Of a stretch of DNA of 64,000 nucleotides, positions 41,250-53,475 are shown in pieces (position 1 is the first letter of the stretch; every line of letters begins with the position of its first letter). A model generated the notes under the pieces. The model ran no database searches. It had not been told where the DNA came from and was given only the letters and a program-made list of their open reading frames with translations. Source of the stretch: Octopus vulgaris (lineage: Eukaryota); contig OX597823.1 in assembly GCA_951406725.2 (NCBI GenBank), forward strand, positions 23,002,001-23,066,000, in the 5' to 3' direction. The translations under genes and the position numbers were made by a program.

Positions 41250-41740
41250 CCGTCATCAGTTGTCGGCTGCAAAGCCATACAGACCTGAAACCAACAGATG
41301 TGGCCTGTGTTTAGAAGAATTTTACAGGATTTTCACATCCAAGGGTAATTCTAGACAAGAGCAAGCATTAAGGAAATTCACCTTTGCCAAGTATAAATGA
41401 ACAATTATCATTTAAACTATACAAGGCTTTGAAATGATGGACTGAAAATGATTATCCAATAAGGACTTGAAATAGAGATTATTTGCACCTGATTTAACGG
41501 ACAACTCTACATTATACAACATAGAGTTTATAAAAGAAAATCATTAAACAGCCACACCGAGGGATATCAAGTTAAGACCCTGAAGAGACAGCACCGTTTT
41601 ATAGCAGGGGTTGCAATTGCAACATTACTAATCAGTGCAATTGAAACATGTGTTGGTCTTAAAAAGATAGTATATAATTATAAAATTATAGGTGATGCTG
41701 TTGCTACTTCGGAGTAATCCTTATTCTTAATATTGTCAAT
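41250..41740 (+). mobile_element. Penelope-like element 3' part: endonuclease C-terminus plus pLTR
   Basis: AKPYRPETNRCGLCLEEFYRI matches the PY.....C.LCL.E...I motif of PLE GIY-YIG domains; stop at 41400; hammerhead downstream. Confidence 0.8.
41572..41662 (+). ncRNA. Type I hammerhead ribozyme (PLE-associated), core intact
   Basis: Stem I TTAAGACC/GGTCTTAA (8 bp); CTGAAGA 41580-41586; stem II GACAGCAC/GTGCAATT (2 mismatches, long loop); GAAA 41643-41646; mini stem III ACA-TG-TGT; GUU triplet. Confidence 0.7.
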
Positions 41741-42490
41741 ATATGTGTGTGTGTTAAATGACTGTTAAGACTTTACTATGATGCATTTATCCCATTAGAT
41801 TTAACCTTAATGTTATTTTCATAATTCATGCAACCTCTTAGATTACTTTACCAACTCCTTAATTATTTAATTTGATTTAATATAATCCACTATGTCTATA
41901 AACACCCTGGAGTACTTAAAGAATTTTGTGTAGTCTTAGAAACACATTTTTTTTTATTGCATGTTTTATTGCTAAGTTTAATTATTACATATCATTATAA
42001 ATGTATCCATTTATCATAATTAACTACAAAAGTATCTGTCTTTTTAATATGCATAGATACTTTTTTATCCACTTTCTTTTTATCTGTAGTACTTGAAGAA
42101 CTGCAAGTAGCTATAGAAACATGTTTATTCTGTATGTGAACTCTCAGCATTAATTGTAACATATCATAAACATCCATTTATCATTGTTATTTGTCTAATT
42201 AATATTCATTGACACTTAGTTATTTGTTTTTGTCTTTTTATACACATAACCATATGCTGTTATAACTATTATAATATGTATATATCATTATATATGTTCA
42301 GTTAAAAAATAGCATATGTATATATGTGCACACACACATACACACACATACACACACACACATAATTTCTAATAATTTTGGCAGGGTACAGTCAATTTAA
42401 TTGAACCTAGTTCTTCATAGATTTTTTTAATATTGCAATTAGTGAGCAATAGCATCATTAGCCACAGATTTTTAAAGAGTTCACTGACTT

Positions 42491-43027
42491 TCTATTAGCC
42501 AGAGTAACAGGAGAGTGTCTATAACTTAGTGCAGAACAAATATCTTAAGGGACTTTCTTTGTAAAGCACTTGTTGTCTAGTTTTCCCAGCTGATATCTAT
42601 CTTCTTTACAAATGGAAATTAGAATACTACAAGACATATGTTAACTAAATACCAACACATCGTGTTGGTGTATAAGTTTGTTAATATTTCACATGCATAT
42701 GTTTGATAAACATACATTTTAGGCCCACATTTAATCCATCAGGGCACTATCTCTGTAGAATGAGTTAAAGAACATTTTGAGTAGTTTCATGCTTCATTAA
42801 CAAGTTCATCAGAAACATTTGCATCATTTGATCTACAGAGAAAATGTCTTCACCATCTTTGTTAGCTATTGTTATTGTTGTTATTCAGCCCAAGCCTGAT
42901 CACATGATGTAAACACTCCTGTGATTACATCCTGTGATGTAGTAACCAATGCCTTATGAAGAAAGTCCCTTAGGGTATTTGTTCTGCACTGAATTACAGG
43001 CACTCTCTTGTCACTCTGGCAAACAGA
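42491..43027. repeat. Inverted repeat, about 84-bp arms, about 370-bp spacer
   Basis: 42491-42574 vs 42944-43027, about 15 differences, nearly all transitions. Confidence 0.85.
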
Positions 43028-43775
43028 TGAATTAAACATACATATCATCATCATCATTATCGTTTAACATCCGTAGTCCATGCTAGCATGGGTTGGACGA
43101 TTTGACTGAGGACTGGCGAACCAGATGGCTGCACCAGACTCCAATCTGATCTGGCAGAGTTTCTACAGCTGGATGCCCTTCCTAATGCCAAAATATTATA
43201 TATGTAATTGCATATCATTTCTATCATAGCAGACCTATGATTAAAGTCATCCTAATCCTCACCATCCTGTTTTTAGCGATCCCTGGACCACATTGTCTTA
43301 CATGAATAGTAGAGCGTAACTTGAAGGAGATTCAACTGTTAATTTTAGCAGGTCTAGCAATCAGGTAGAGGATCACTCATTAGCTTATCTTAGTTAGTGT
43401 AACAATTGTCTGCTTACATAGCATATATACAATGCGCGTGTGTGTGTGTGTTTGCTCATGCATGCATCTGTGTATGTGTGTGTGCATGTGTAGATGCATG
43501 TGTGTGTATTGTACTACAGAATATGTCTATAGATTTTTAGCCAATATGCTCTGTGTGTGTACGTATTGTGTGTGTGTGTGTGTGTTTATGTATAAAGAGC
43601 GAGAGAGAGACAGGTAGATGTTAACAGCTTGTCTATATGTTTGTGAGTTTGTATGTGTGTGTGATATGCATATGTTTGTATGTGTGTTTGTTCAATGTTT
43701 TTCAAGCTGTAATTCAACCAGGTCAACATATGGTCTGCTGGCATAAACAGATTGTCAGCTTATTATCCTACTACA

Positions 43776-43827
<52 letters not shown>

Positions 43828-44316
43828 ACTACCATTCCCAGCATTCCAACTCAACCGACATCAACAACAACCACCAAAGCCAATGCTCATCCAACACCAA
43901 TACTGTTCTGACCAACCCCAGCAACACCTCTATGCAGCCACTCAACTTGCAAAAAACAGCAGCCAAAGTTTCCTCACTTCACCCCCTTACCATCTTCAAA
44001 AAGAAGGACATGTTGAATTATATGTTTCTGAGTTCCCTGTGCATAGGGAAAAAGACAAAAAGAACATAGCAAATGGAATGACTTTGATCACAGATCTTGA
44101 TTAGCTCTAACTCAGAGCTAAACAACCACAGCAACTGACACCACCATTTCAACCACCACATCCAAAAGCCACGATGACCAACAACACTATAATCACCACA
44201 TTCAATAGCACCACCACCACCACTGCACACATAATTTCTAATTTATCACCTAAATAGGGTTCTGTCTTGTCAAAACAGTATATTAATGGCTTCTCTATTA
44301 ACTCAGCCAAGCTGGC

Positions 44317-44582
44317 TTAAAAGCAACCAGAGAGACAATCAGTCGTTCTTTGATTAAACATTGTCAAAGACTTCAAGATTGTATCTATAATCGGAATTAA
44401 CTTGCTTGGAACACTATCAACTGGCAAACCAAATATTTTATGGTAAAATCCTGAATCCAAGGAAACTTGTGATGGTCTGACTACATCAGTAGGAATTAGT
44501 GAATAGGGAAAGGTTTGTGAGAAAGTAAGTTTAGTTGTTGTGAATAGTGTGGGATCTAATGTTTTAGGACCTTGCTCCTCAT
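44317..44582 (-). mobile_element. Decayed Penelope-like RT fragment, still open for 88 codons after a strong acceptor
   Basis: LDPTLFT resembles FDV.SLFT and GFYHKIFGLPVDSVPS resembles FY.Q.FGLPMGSPLS of PLE RT; acceptor ctctctttctattttctttctag| at 44583. Confidence 0.5.
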
Positions 44583-47312
44583 CTAGAAAGAAAATAGAAA
44601 GAGAGAGCATTGTCTTGAGTTGTGGGCAGACATATTTTGAAAGAACTGAGGCCATGGGTAAGAGACAAAAGGGATCCAAGGGAGACTGAAGATACATGTA
44701 GTGGGATTGAACCCAAAACATTGTTGCAAAGCAAACATCTTATCATACAGCCATACCTGTCCCTGTATACTTATATGTCAGAAGTAAGATATCCCTAACC
44801 AGAGTCTTTAATCTAAGGCTACAAATAAAGCAGCCTTCAGCAATTCACACTGATACATTTCAAATGCATGGATGCAGTCATTGGAAACTAGCAATACAAA
44901 TTACAAATATTGATTTATAACATTGACATAAGGCCACAGATTGCAGGGTAGAAATATAAGTAAATCAACCCCACTACTTAGGTAAATAGTGCAGGGCAAC
45001 TTATATAGCGCTCTGCTGCATCTGGTACTTCACTGACCTAGCAACATAAATATTGATTTCTAACTTTAGCTGAAAGCCAAGAAGTAGAATAATCAATTAA
45101 ATAATTGATGGACTTGACCTCAGTACTTGACTGGTATTTGTTTTATCTGTCACAGGAAAGTAAACAATAAAGTTGATTGTGATAAGATTTGAACCTAAAA
45201 TGTTAAGGGATGTAATAAAATAACACATAGCATTTAGTTAGATATTCTATCAATTCTCACATTTGGTGCCATCTTGAATAATCATCAACACTTTCCATGT
45301 TAGCATGGGTTAGATGAGTCATCATCATCTAAATGAGTTCTTACTTGGAGATGCTACTCTCCTAGATGTGTTGAAGGGCCACAAATCATTCATTCATTTT
45401 ACTTTTGGCTTAGTTTCCATGACTGGATATCTTCTTAATACCAACTTCTTTATAAAGTAGTAGCTGAACAGTCTTTTGTTGCTGGGCAATTTTTACAATA
45501 GAATGTCTTATATGCCTTCCTGGCAGATAGGCCTCTTGATCAGGACAGATTTGTGCAATATTTCACAAATAAAAATTTGTTGAGAATTTTTTCCTTTTTA
45601 AATTATTTACCTGTCTGTTTGACCGTTTCATATGACCTTACTCATTCAAACTTATTAAAACATCACTTCTTACAACTTTGGTCATCATAATGCTTTGCTT
45701 TCGTTTGTTTAGTAAAAATTCCTCTTCATAATGATTTTGCTTTCATTTTATGATAGACTACTATCATACAGAAAATGCCAGCTTCCAAATCTTGTTTTCT
45801 GATTTGGTAAAATTGATTAAACTTCAAACCTTAGTAACATTTTTCTGCAATTTTTCTGGAACAAATAAATAACAAAATTGGATTTAATATAGAAAATTAT
45901 TTCAATATACCAAATTTGAAAACTTTGATATAATTTTAAAATTTCACAATATGTGATAGCAATAGGGAAGGCCCTACAAAAGTAGAGAGACAGACAGTTA
46001 TAGGATGTCACACACACATACACACATGCACACACACACACACAAACACACACACTGAAACACACACACACATTTACAAACATACACAGGTTATCACGAG
46101 TTTAAAATGGTGTATAGTAGACGTATGTATATATGTATGCATGTATGTACATATGTATGTATGTGTGTGTGTGTCTGTGTGTGAATGTTTCTTTGCAATG
46201 GACAGCAAAAACACCACTTAGCCCCTCTCTCTTTAAAGCTTTGTATTCCTCACACCCACCTTTTTTCTCCTTCCTTGGCATTTTAAAAGTTACTTGTGTG
46301 CGTGTATGTGTGGAGTGTGTGTATGTATCTATGTATTTACAAAAGTACGTATGCAGTGTCATGTGTATATCCCTGAATGACAGCTCTATTAACGTCACCA
46401 TCCCACTGCCAATAAATATTTGTCACTTACACAACGCTGTTCTCCTCTTCCCTGACATCAGCCACACTCACTATGCCACCACTTTTCCCTCATACTAACA
46501 CTCTTGCACCCTTCTCATTTTATGAAGTAATTGCCCAACCCCACTCAGGGCCCCATTATATTTTATTGAAATCCAATTAGCCTATAATTGAAGTGGATGT
46601 TAGTTTAACATGTATGCAAATTTTCGTCAAGATTGGTTCACTGGTATAGGCAGCAAGATGGTAACAGACAGATCAACAGACAGAAATTGCCATTTATGCA
46701 TATGATATTATGTGCATTTCCTCGTGGCCTCAACATTAGAGAGTTTGCTGTGTCCTCAACAATACCAAGAGGGTCTGTTCAACTCCACACTTTACAGTGT
46801 ACTGCATGCATTTCATCATAACACCAAGAAAAGAGATGTTAACAAAGTTAAAGGAATCTCTTGCTCCACACCTCCACTAACTCACCAAACACTTTACAAA
46901 ATGCTCTGCTTGGTTGTATTTATAATGCCAGAGATCAGAGAATTCACAGCACTTTATAAAAAGTTCATTAACTTATGGTTATGTGACTGAGGAGATGAAT
47001 AAAAGAGACAGTGAAGACAGAACAGAGATGGATGGGGGTGGAAGGGAAAGATGCGTGTAAGAACAGTGCAACTGGAATGAGAGGGGAGAGAGTGATGAAT
47101 AATAACAGAAACGGATAAATAATAAGTATGAATGATAGATATCAATACCATGTGACCTGGAAGTGATTATAAAAGTGATTCATTATAAAATGTACTGGGT
47201 GTATAGTGGTACAAGTACAAGAGGGGTTTCCTTTTTGCCCTAAAAGAGCTGAAAATATTTGGTACTCTGAGGCATATATGCAGGCACACTTTATTATTTA
47301 GGCATTATTTTT

Positions 47313-47645
47313 TGGATCAGCAGCTGCAGTAAGTGATGTGATTTTTGGTGTTTAGTTACATCCTTTACCACTGTGACTTCAAATTTCATTGCATCAATTT
47401 GGCCTCTTCTCTTTTTCAAGTACTGAAAATTAATATACAATGGGGGGGCAGAAAATTTCCTGGGAAAGGCTTGGTTGGAGGCCCAACTTTCCAAGTTCTT
47501 TTACAGGGCTTAGGAAAACTGAATGACCACTGCAATAAGTGTGTGAATCTGAGAGGAGAATATGTTGAATGTAATCATAATTAACTGATCCTCTTGCATT
47601 TTCTTTTACACAAAGCCAGGAACTTTTCAGCAATACCCTCGTATA
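47313..47645 (-). mobile_element. Mariner MITE (about 47435-47645) plus the 119-bp flank, inverted relative to 31160-31514
   Basis: Same MITE family with TIR TACGAGGGTATTGCTGAAAAGTTCCTGG; MITE bodies visibly diverged with indels, flank near-identical. Confidence 0.85.
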
Positions 47646-48117
47646 TGCTAGTCAAATACTGGGATCAGAGTAATCCACAACACTGAAGGTTTGAAGCTTT
47701 GAAGACCATTGAAGTTGAGAGCAAACTGCTTCCTTCATGAATATGAATGGTAACTGTTTGTAGCCAGTAGACTGGGCTACAACAGCAAGCTGATTACCTC
47801 AGCAGATCACAAACTGTAATAATGGTGCTGACCTTTTCCTTAGCAAGCTGACGCCCTGTTGAGCCAACCAGCTGTATTTCATATGTCTCACCTCACTGAC
47901 CTCTCATTAACTGCTATAATTAAATAGATTGTTAATAGGGTTAAGTTAAATCAGCTTTTCCACTATCTCCAACACCAAATAGACAGTTTAACATCCTTCT
48001 AATTACCAACATCATTTATTCTCTCTCGTTTTTATTTTGATATTTTTATTTTATTTTTTCATAACTGTATTTATAGTTTCTATCTATTTATTACTTACAT
48101 TATAAACATATATATAT

Positions 48118-48177
<60 letters not shown>

Positions 48178-48348
48178 ATGAATATATTCTATTTTTGGTT
48201 TCCATCATTGGACCTTGGGCATGCTTTAGCACCATCTTCTAGAGTATAAAGCAATTAGATCACCCCCTACCCATCCTGCTGAAGTAATTATTTTATCAAC
48301 TGCCATTTATTTCAACCATCAGACCATATACATACATGTATGTATGCA

Positions 48349-48419
<71 letters not shown>

Positions 48420-48449
48420 TACCTAGAACAGATATGAATTTTTTGGCCT

Positions 48450-48640
48450 CACAGTCTTCCAGATTGTTCATCGTCTTTCACAGATGTTCTTCCACTTTTG
48501 AAGTACCCATGCTACTCAAAACATTGCATACGACCCATTGCCTCATTGCTGTAAGCTAACCAAAGCATGCTCAGTGTCTCTCTAGCAGACTTCCCAAAGT
48601 TTAAAGCAAAATTTCACATTGGCTCTTTGCTCTTGACCAT
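48450..48640 (-). pseudogene. Mariner transposase N-terminal HTH fragment
   Basis: EQRANVKFCFKL/GKSARETLSMLWLAYSNEAMGRMQCFE*HGYFKSGRTSVKDDEQSGR; frameshift and stop. Confidence 0.85.
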
Positions 48641-48851
48641 GATAAAATCACAGACTGCAGCATACACATGATCAGAAAAATACAAATTTAACAAATTTCC
48701 AGCAAGTCCCTGGGCCTCTCCATTCAGTTATTCCAGATGCCTGAAGGGGGTCAGGCTCCATTAGGGGCCTACGAAACTTGAAATAGCACAAAACATAAAT
48801 CAAACTATTTCAAATAATACATGCATACATATCTATCTATCTATCTATCTA

Positions 48852-48932
<81 letters not shown>

Positions 48933-48969
48933 GCACACATACATACACCCCCACACATACATACCCCCC

Positions 48970-49004
<35 letters not shown>

Positions 49005-49005
<1 letters not shown>

Positions 49006-49440
49006 GGTGCAGTAGTGGCTGTGTGGTAAGTAGCTTGCTAACCAACCACATGGTTCCGGGTTCAGTCCCACTGCGTGGCATCTTGGGCAAGTGTCTTCTG
49101 CTATAGCCCCGGGCCAACCAATGCCTTGTGAGTGGATTTGGTAGACGGAAACTGAAAGAAGCCCGTCATATATATATATATATGTATGTATGTGTATATA
49201 TATATGTGTGTGTGTATATGTGTTTGTGTGTCTGTGTTTGTTCCCCTAGCATTGCTTGACAACCGATGCTGGTGTGTTTACGTCTCCGTCACTTAGCGGT
49301 TCAGCAAAAGAGACCGATAGAATAAGTACTGGGCTTACAAAGAATAAGTCCCAGGGTCGACTTGCTCGACTAAAGGCGGTGCTCCAGCATGGCCGCAGTC
49401 AAATGACTGATATAAGTAAAAGAGTAAAAAGTAAGAGTAA
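49005..49440 (+). mobile_element. Young full-length tRNA-derived SINE, same family as 16223-16630
   Basis: Intact head ggttccgggttcagtccc with CpGs retained; followed by a second 3' half at about 49465-49665. Confidence 0.9.
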
Positions 49441-49667
49441 TACACACACATAAATATATGGATTTGTGTGTGTGTTTGTCCTCTAAAACCACTTGACAAC
49501 CAGTATTGGTGTGTTTACGTCCCTGTAACTTGGTGGTTCAGCAAAAAAGACTGCTAGAATAAGTACCAGCTTCAAAAAAATGTACTGGCATCGATTCATT
49601 TAACTAAACTTCTTCAAGCCTCAGAGTGGCTGCAGTCTATTGACTGAAACAAGCAAAAGAAATAAAG

Positions 49668-49744
<77 letters not shown>

Positions 49745-50228
49745 CGTGTGTGTGTGCGTGCGTGTGTGTGTGTATGCATATGTATGTGCCTCTGGGTGTT
49801 TGTGCATAAACAACAAGAATCTCTTTCATTCCAGACAAACTCTGACTTTTTCTGTTCCTGATAACATCTTATATAAAGATGATCCCACATTCAGGTGCAA
49901 GCTGCTTCAATAACACTTCGTGTGTCTGAAGAGAAGAATAGCTGCACTATTGCTAACTACAGCACCACTGTTTACGTCCAACTTTGCATGGGAGACATTG
50001 AGTAGGTGGCTGCCGAGCACACGTGTGTGCACGTGTGTATACTTGAGTATATGTCTGAGCACTTGTAGGAAAACTATGTACACACAGATACACATACACT
50101 CATATGCATAATGTAGATAAATGCTTAAAACTATGTGTGTGTAGAAAGCAAACAGATATCACCATTTTACATCTGGGTTTCTTTTTTTTTCTTTTACTAC
50201 TCGCAAAGGTTTGACCAATTTTCGTTAA

Positions 50229-50448
50229 CCCTTTCATTACTAACCCGGCTGAAACCGGCTCTGGCTCTGAGTACAAATGTCTTGTTTTCATAAGTTTTGA
50301 ATTAAAATCTTCCACCAAACCTTAGTCACAATTTATGTTCCTAACACTAGCTGAATGATAACTAAGTTATTTTACTAAATTCTTTGTTATATTTAAAGTA
50401 ATTGGAAGAAACACAGAGCATCCCAAAATAAATACAGTAACGAAAGGG
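50229..50448 (-). mobile_element. piggyBac-type MITE, same family as 28729-28931, opposite orientation
   Basis: TTAA TSDs and CCCTTTC.TTAC TIRs; body reverse-complementary to the 28.7-kb copy. Confidence 0.9.
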
Positions 50449-50454
50449 TTAACA

Positions 50455-50570
50455 CAGTTTCCTGCTACTTGTTACATTCTTTGTCATCTCCTTTGTAAGG
50501 TTCAACTTCCTAAGGTTGTTTTTACAACTTCTACCCACACCTTTCTTGGTCCTCCTGATTCCTTCCTGGT
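50455..50570 (-). mobile_element. RTE LINE C-terminal relic
   Basis: Minus GPRKVWVEVV..LRKLNLTKEMTK resembles the RTE GRPRK.W.EVV..DL..L.L..EM motif. Confidence 0.5.
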
Positions 50571-50584
50571 GAATCTGGTGTATG

Positions 50585-50890
50585 CAAGAGATTCGAAATA
50601 AAGGCACCTACCTTCTCTTCACTCAGATGGAGACCCTTCAGCGATCCTTCAACACAGCCCGACCCGAACGCTAGAAATAGCAGCTGCTTCTCCCAACCTT
50701 AACAATGTGCTGATGCCGTCTTACCTGCTCAGCGACCTGCCTCGAAAAGGCAGAATCCTGCCCTCGCTGCACGCGCGTCACTGCTGCCCCTTCTGGTCAG
50801 CCCCAAGTTCCGGTCAGCTCCCCAGCTGCTGACGTCAGAAATCTAGCTAAAATCTAGCTGACGGCAGAAATCTAGCTAAAATGGCAATAA
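50585..50890 (-). promoter_or_regulatory. CpG-rich promoter-like island with candidate non-coding first exon
   Basis: About 15 CpGs in about 275 bp; TGACGTCA (50830-50837), CCGGAA on minus (50808-50813), GCCATTTT on minus (50878-50885); minus donors CAG|GTAAGA (50725) and AAG|GTAGGT (50612). Confidence 0.45.
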
Positions 50891-51007
50891 AATTATACTT
50901 AGAGTATTTTACTATAATATTTGTAGACTAGTGATTTAAGATTTATATATCAATGTGTATCTGAGAGTGTATACGTGCATGTGTGCATGCATATATGTAT
51001 ATATATG

Positions 51008-51061
<54 letters not shown>

Positions 51062-51465
51062 CATATATCATTGTTAAAGTCCACTTCTCTGTGCTTGCGT
51101 GGGTCAGATGGAACTTATTGATGCAGATTTTCTACAGCCAGGTGCCTTTCCTCTCGTTAGCCCTCACCTATTTCCAAGCAAGGTAATATTTCCCCATGTG
51201 AGACAAACAACATCATGTTTATGACATTTATGCTCATCTACAATTATCACATGTACACACAAACACATGCATGAATATAAACATGTGTGTGTGTGTGTGT
51301 ATGTATGCACATTATATATATATATATATCAACATAATTGTTGAAGTTGATGATGCAAATTTTCTACACGCAGGTTTATATCACATGTCCACACATGTAT
51401 ATCACATGTATATCACATGTCCACACATGAATATACACATGTATATATGTGTGTGTGTGTGTAAA

Positions 51466-51496
<31 letters not shown>

Positions 51497-51830
51497 TACA
51501 CAGTGGATTCCTTTCAGTTTCCATCTAACAATTCCACTCACAAGGCTTTGATCAGCCTGGAATTGTAGTAGAAGACACTTGCTCAAAGTGCTATGCAACG
51601 GGACTGAACCTAAAACCACTTGGTTGAGAAAAAGCAAGCTTCATAAACACAGAGCCAGACTTTTGTTCTCAGTAACATAATGCTATAAAGAGTTCCTCTG
51701 ATGATCTGATGTGGTTAAGCATCCAATTGCACTTGAAACCTTCAAGGCAGAGGTTCACAACGACATTGGTGAAACATACATAAGCACAAATGATACAAAC
51801 TTGTGTGTATTGAAATTTCCTGTACACACA

Positions 51831-51871
<41 letters not shown>

Positions 51872-52456
51872 ACATGCACACAAACACACACATCCATGAG
51901 TGAAGTGGAGAACGCTATTGTGATGGCTTTGCATCACTTAATCCTAAGAGTCCTCACTAATCTATAATTTGTCCATTCATACAAGTTATTGTGGCTGGGA
52001 ATATGAATGGAAGAGTGATGACAGAGACACAATGAAAATAGGTAGGTGAACTAAGTGAAGATTGCAAGAGTATGATGGTAGAAACTTTGTGATATAGGTA
52101 CATGTGTATGTATGTATCCTTTACCGGCTTATTACGGTGAAGGATATAAACATCAGGGAGAAAACTGCAAAACTAGTCCTTTATGAAGAAAATCCAATAT
52201 ATTTTCTACTACTTCAGATTAAAGAGGTTATCAAATGCACAGTAACATGTATCCAACAGCACTGTTTTTCACTAATTATGATATAAAATAAAATAATAAA
52301 ACTACATCAGGCCAGCACAAGATTTGAACCTGTGGTCTGTGGCAAAGCAATTCAGTCTCTTACCCACTCAACTACATCACAATTTTTTTCCCTCTTCTGA
52401 GAGTTAGCTTATTGTCTATATATGTTTCAATAATTTTCTGAGCACTATTTTCTTTA

Positions 52457-52592
52457 TATGAGTGAAAGCACTAACTATACACTGCATATGAATGAAACAG
52501 CTATAGGATGTGTATGAATGAAGTAGCTACATGCTGCATATATGAATGAAACAAGTCTATGGTGCAAGTATGAATGAAAACAACTATATGCT
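52457..52592. repeat. Degenerate tandem repeat of about 25-30 bp (TATGAATGAAACAGCTATA-like), 5 units
   Basis: TATGA(A/G)TGAA recurs five times. Confidence 0.75.
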
Positions 52593-52799
52593 ATTCTTAT
52601 TGATGTATTGAACTAATGTTTGGAATAATAAATTTGTTTCGTTGCCTAAAGCTTTCATTTATATCTTCAATTTTTATCTCTGCTAGATTTCATGTGAAGG
52701 CACTCGATATCTATCTGACACGTTCATTATCCATGGTTTGGGGGGGGTGGCATATTATATATTATATTATAATATATTATATCATATAATATCATTTTA

Positions 52800-52820
52800 T
52801 GTTCATATTATCATTATTGC

Positions 52821-52919
<99 letters not shown>

Positions 52920-52930
52920 CATTATTACTG
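52800..52930. repeat. (GTT)n(ATT)n microsatellite
   Basis: Explains poly-L, poly-N and poly-V/I ORFs. Confidence 0.95.
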
Positions 52931-52992
52931 CTAATCTTTCTGAACAGCTTTTCTAACATGTGTGAAAAAAATTTGTGTATGTATGTGTGTGT

Positions 52993-53052
<60 letters not shown>

Positions 53053-53415
53053 TCACATAAACACACATAGTGTGTACAACTTAAGAAATTTACTTCACAT
53101 TTCTTATCTCTACAATGAAATAAAATTATTCTTTTCCACACTCTCTCAAGTTCTTTTCCTCCACATCTTTGAATAAATTCTTACATACGTATGTGTGTAT
53201 GTGTATATAACTTTGTACTTGAAACAAAAATAGTAGGGCTATAATAATGTAATGTAATCTAATAACCAGGTATGACTATATATGCAAAGTACACTACATA
53301 GGAAATATTAATGTAATATTAATATTAAAATATTAATTTACCCCAGACACAAGTGTGCTTTTGATACTTCTTATCTTTATCAGTGAAGAGAAGTAATTAT
53401 GTTGATATACAGTCT

Positions 53416-53475
<60 letters not shown>

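Noticed and set aside
28729-50448. piggyBac MITE pair roughly concentric with the 31/47-kb inverted repeat, as one giant palindrome
   Set aside because: Flanks of the two MITEs are unrelated and each has its own TTAA, so they are independent insertions.
50670-50682. GCTAGAAATAGCA, identical to part of the Cas9 sgRNA scaffold
   Set aside because: Short match; a similar motif recurs in a local repeat (about 34228, 43335, 56205, 58580 on the other strand); no cas genes or array.
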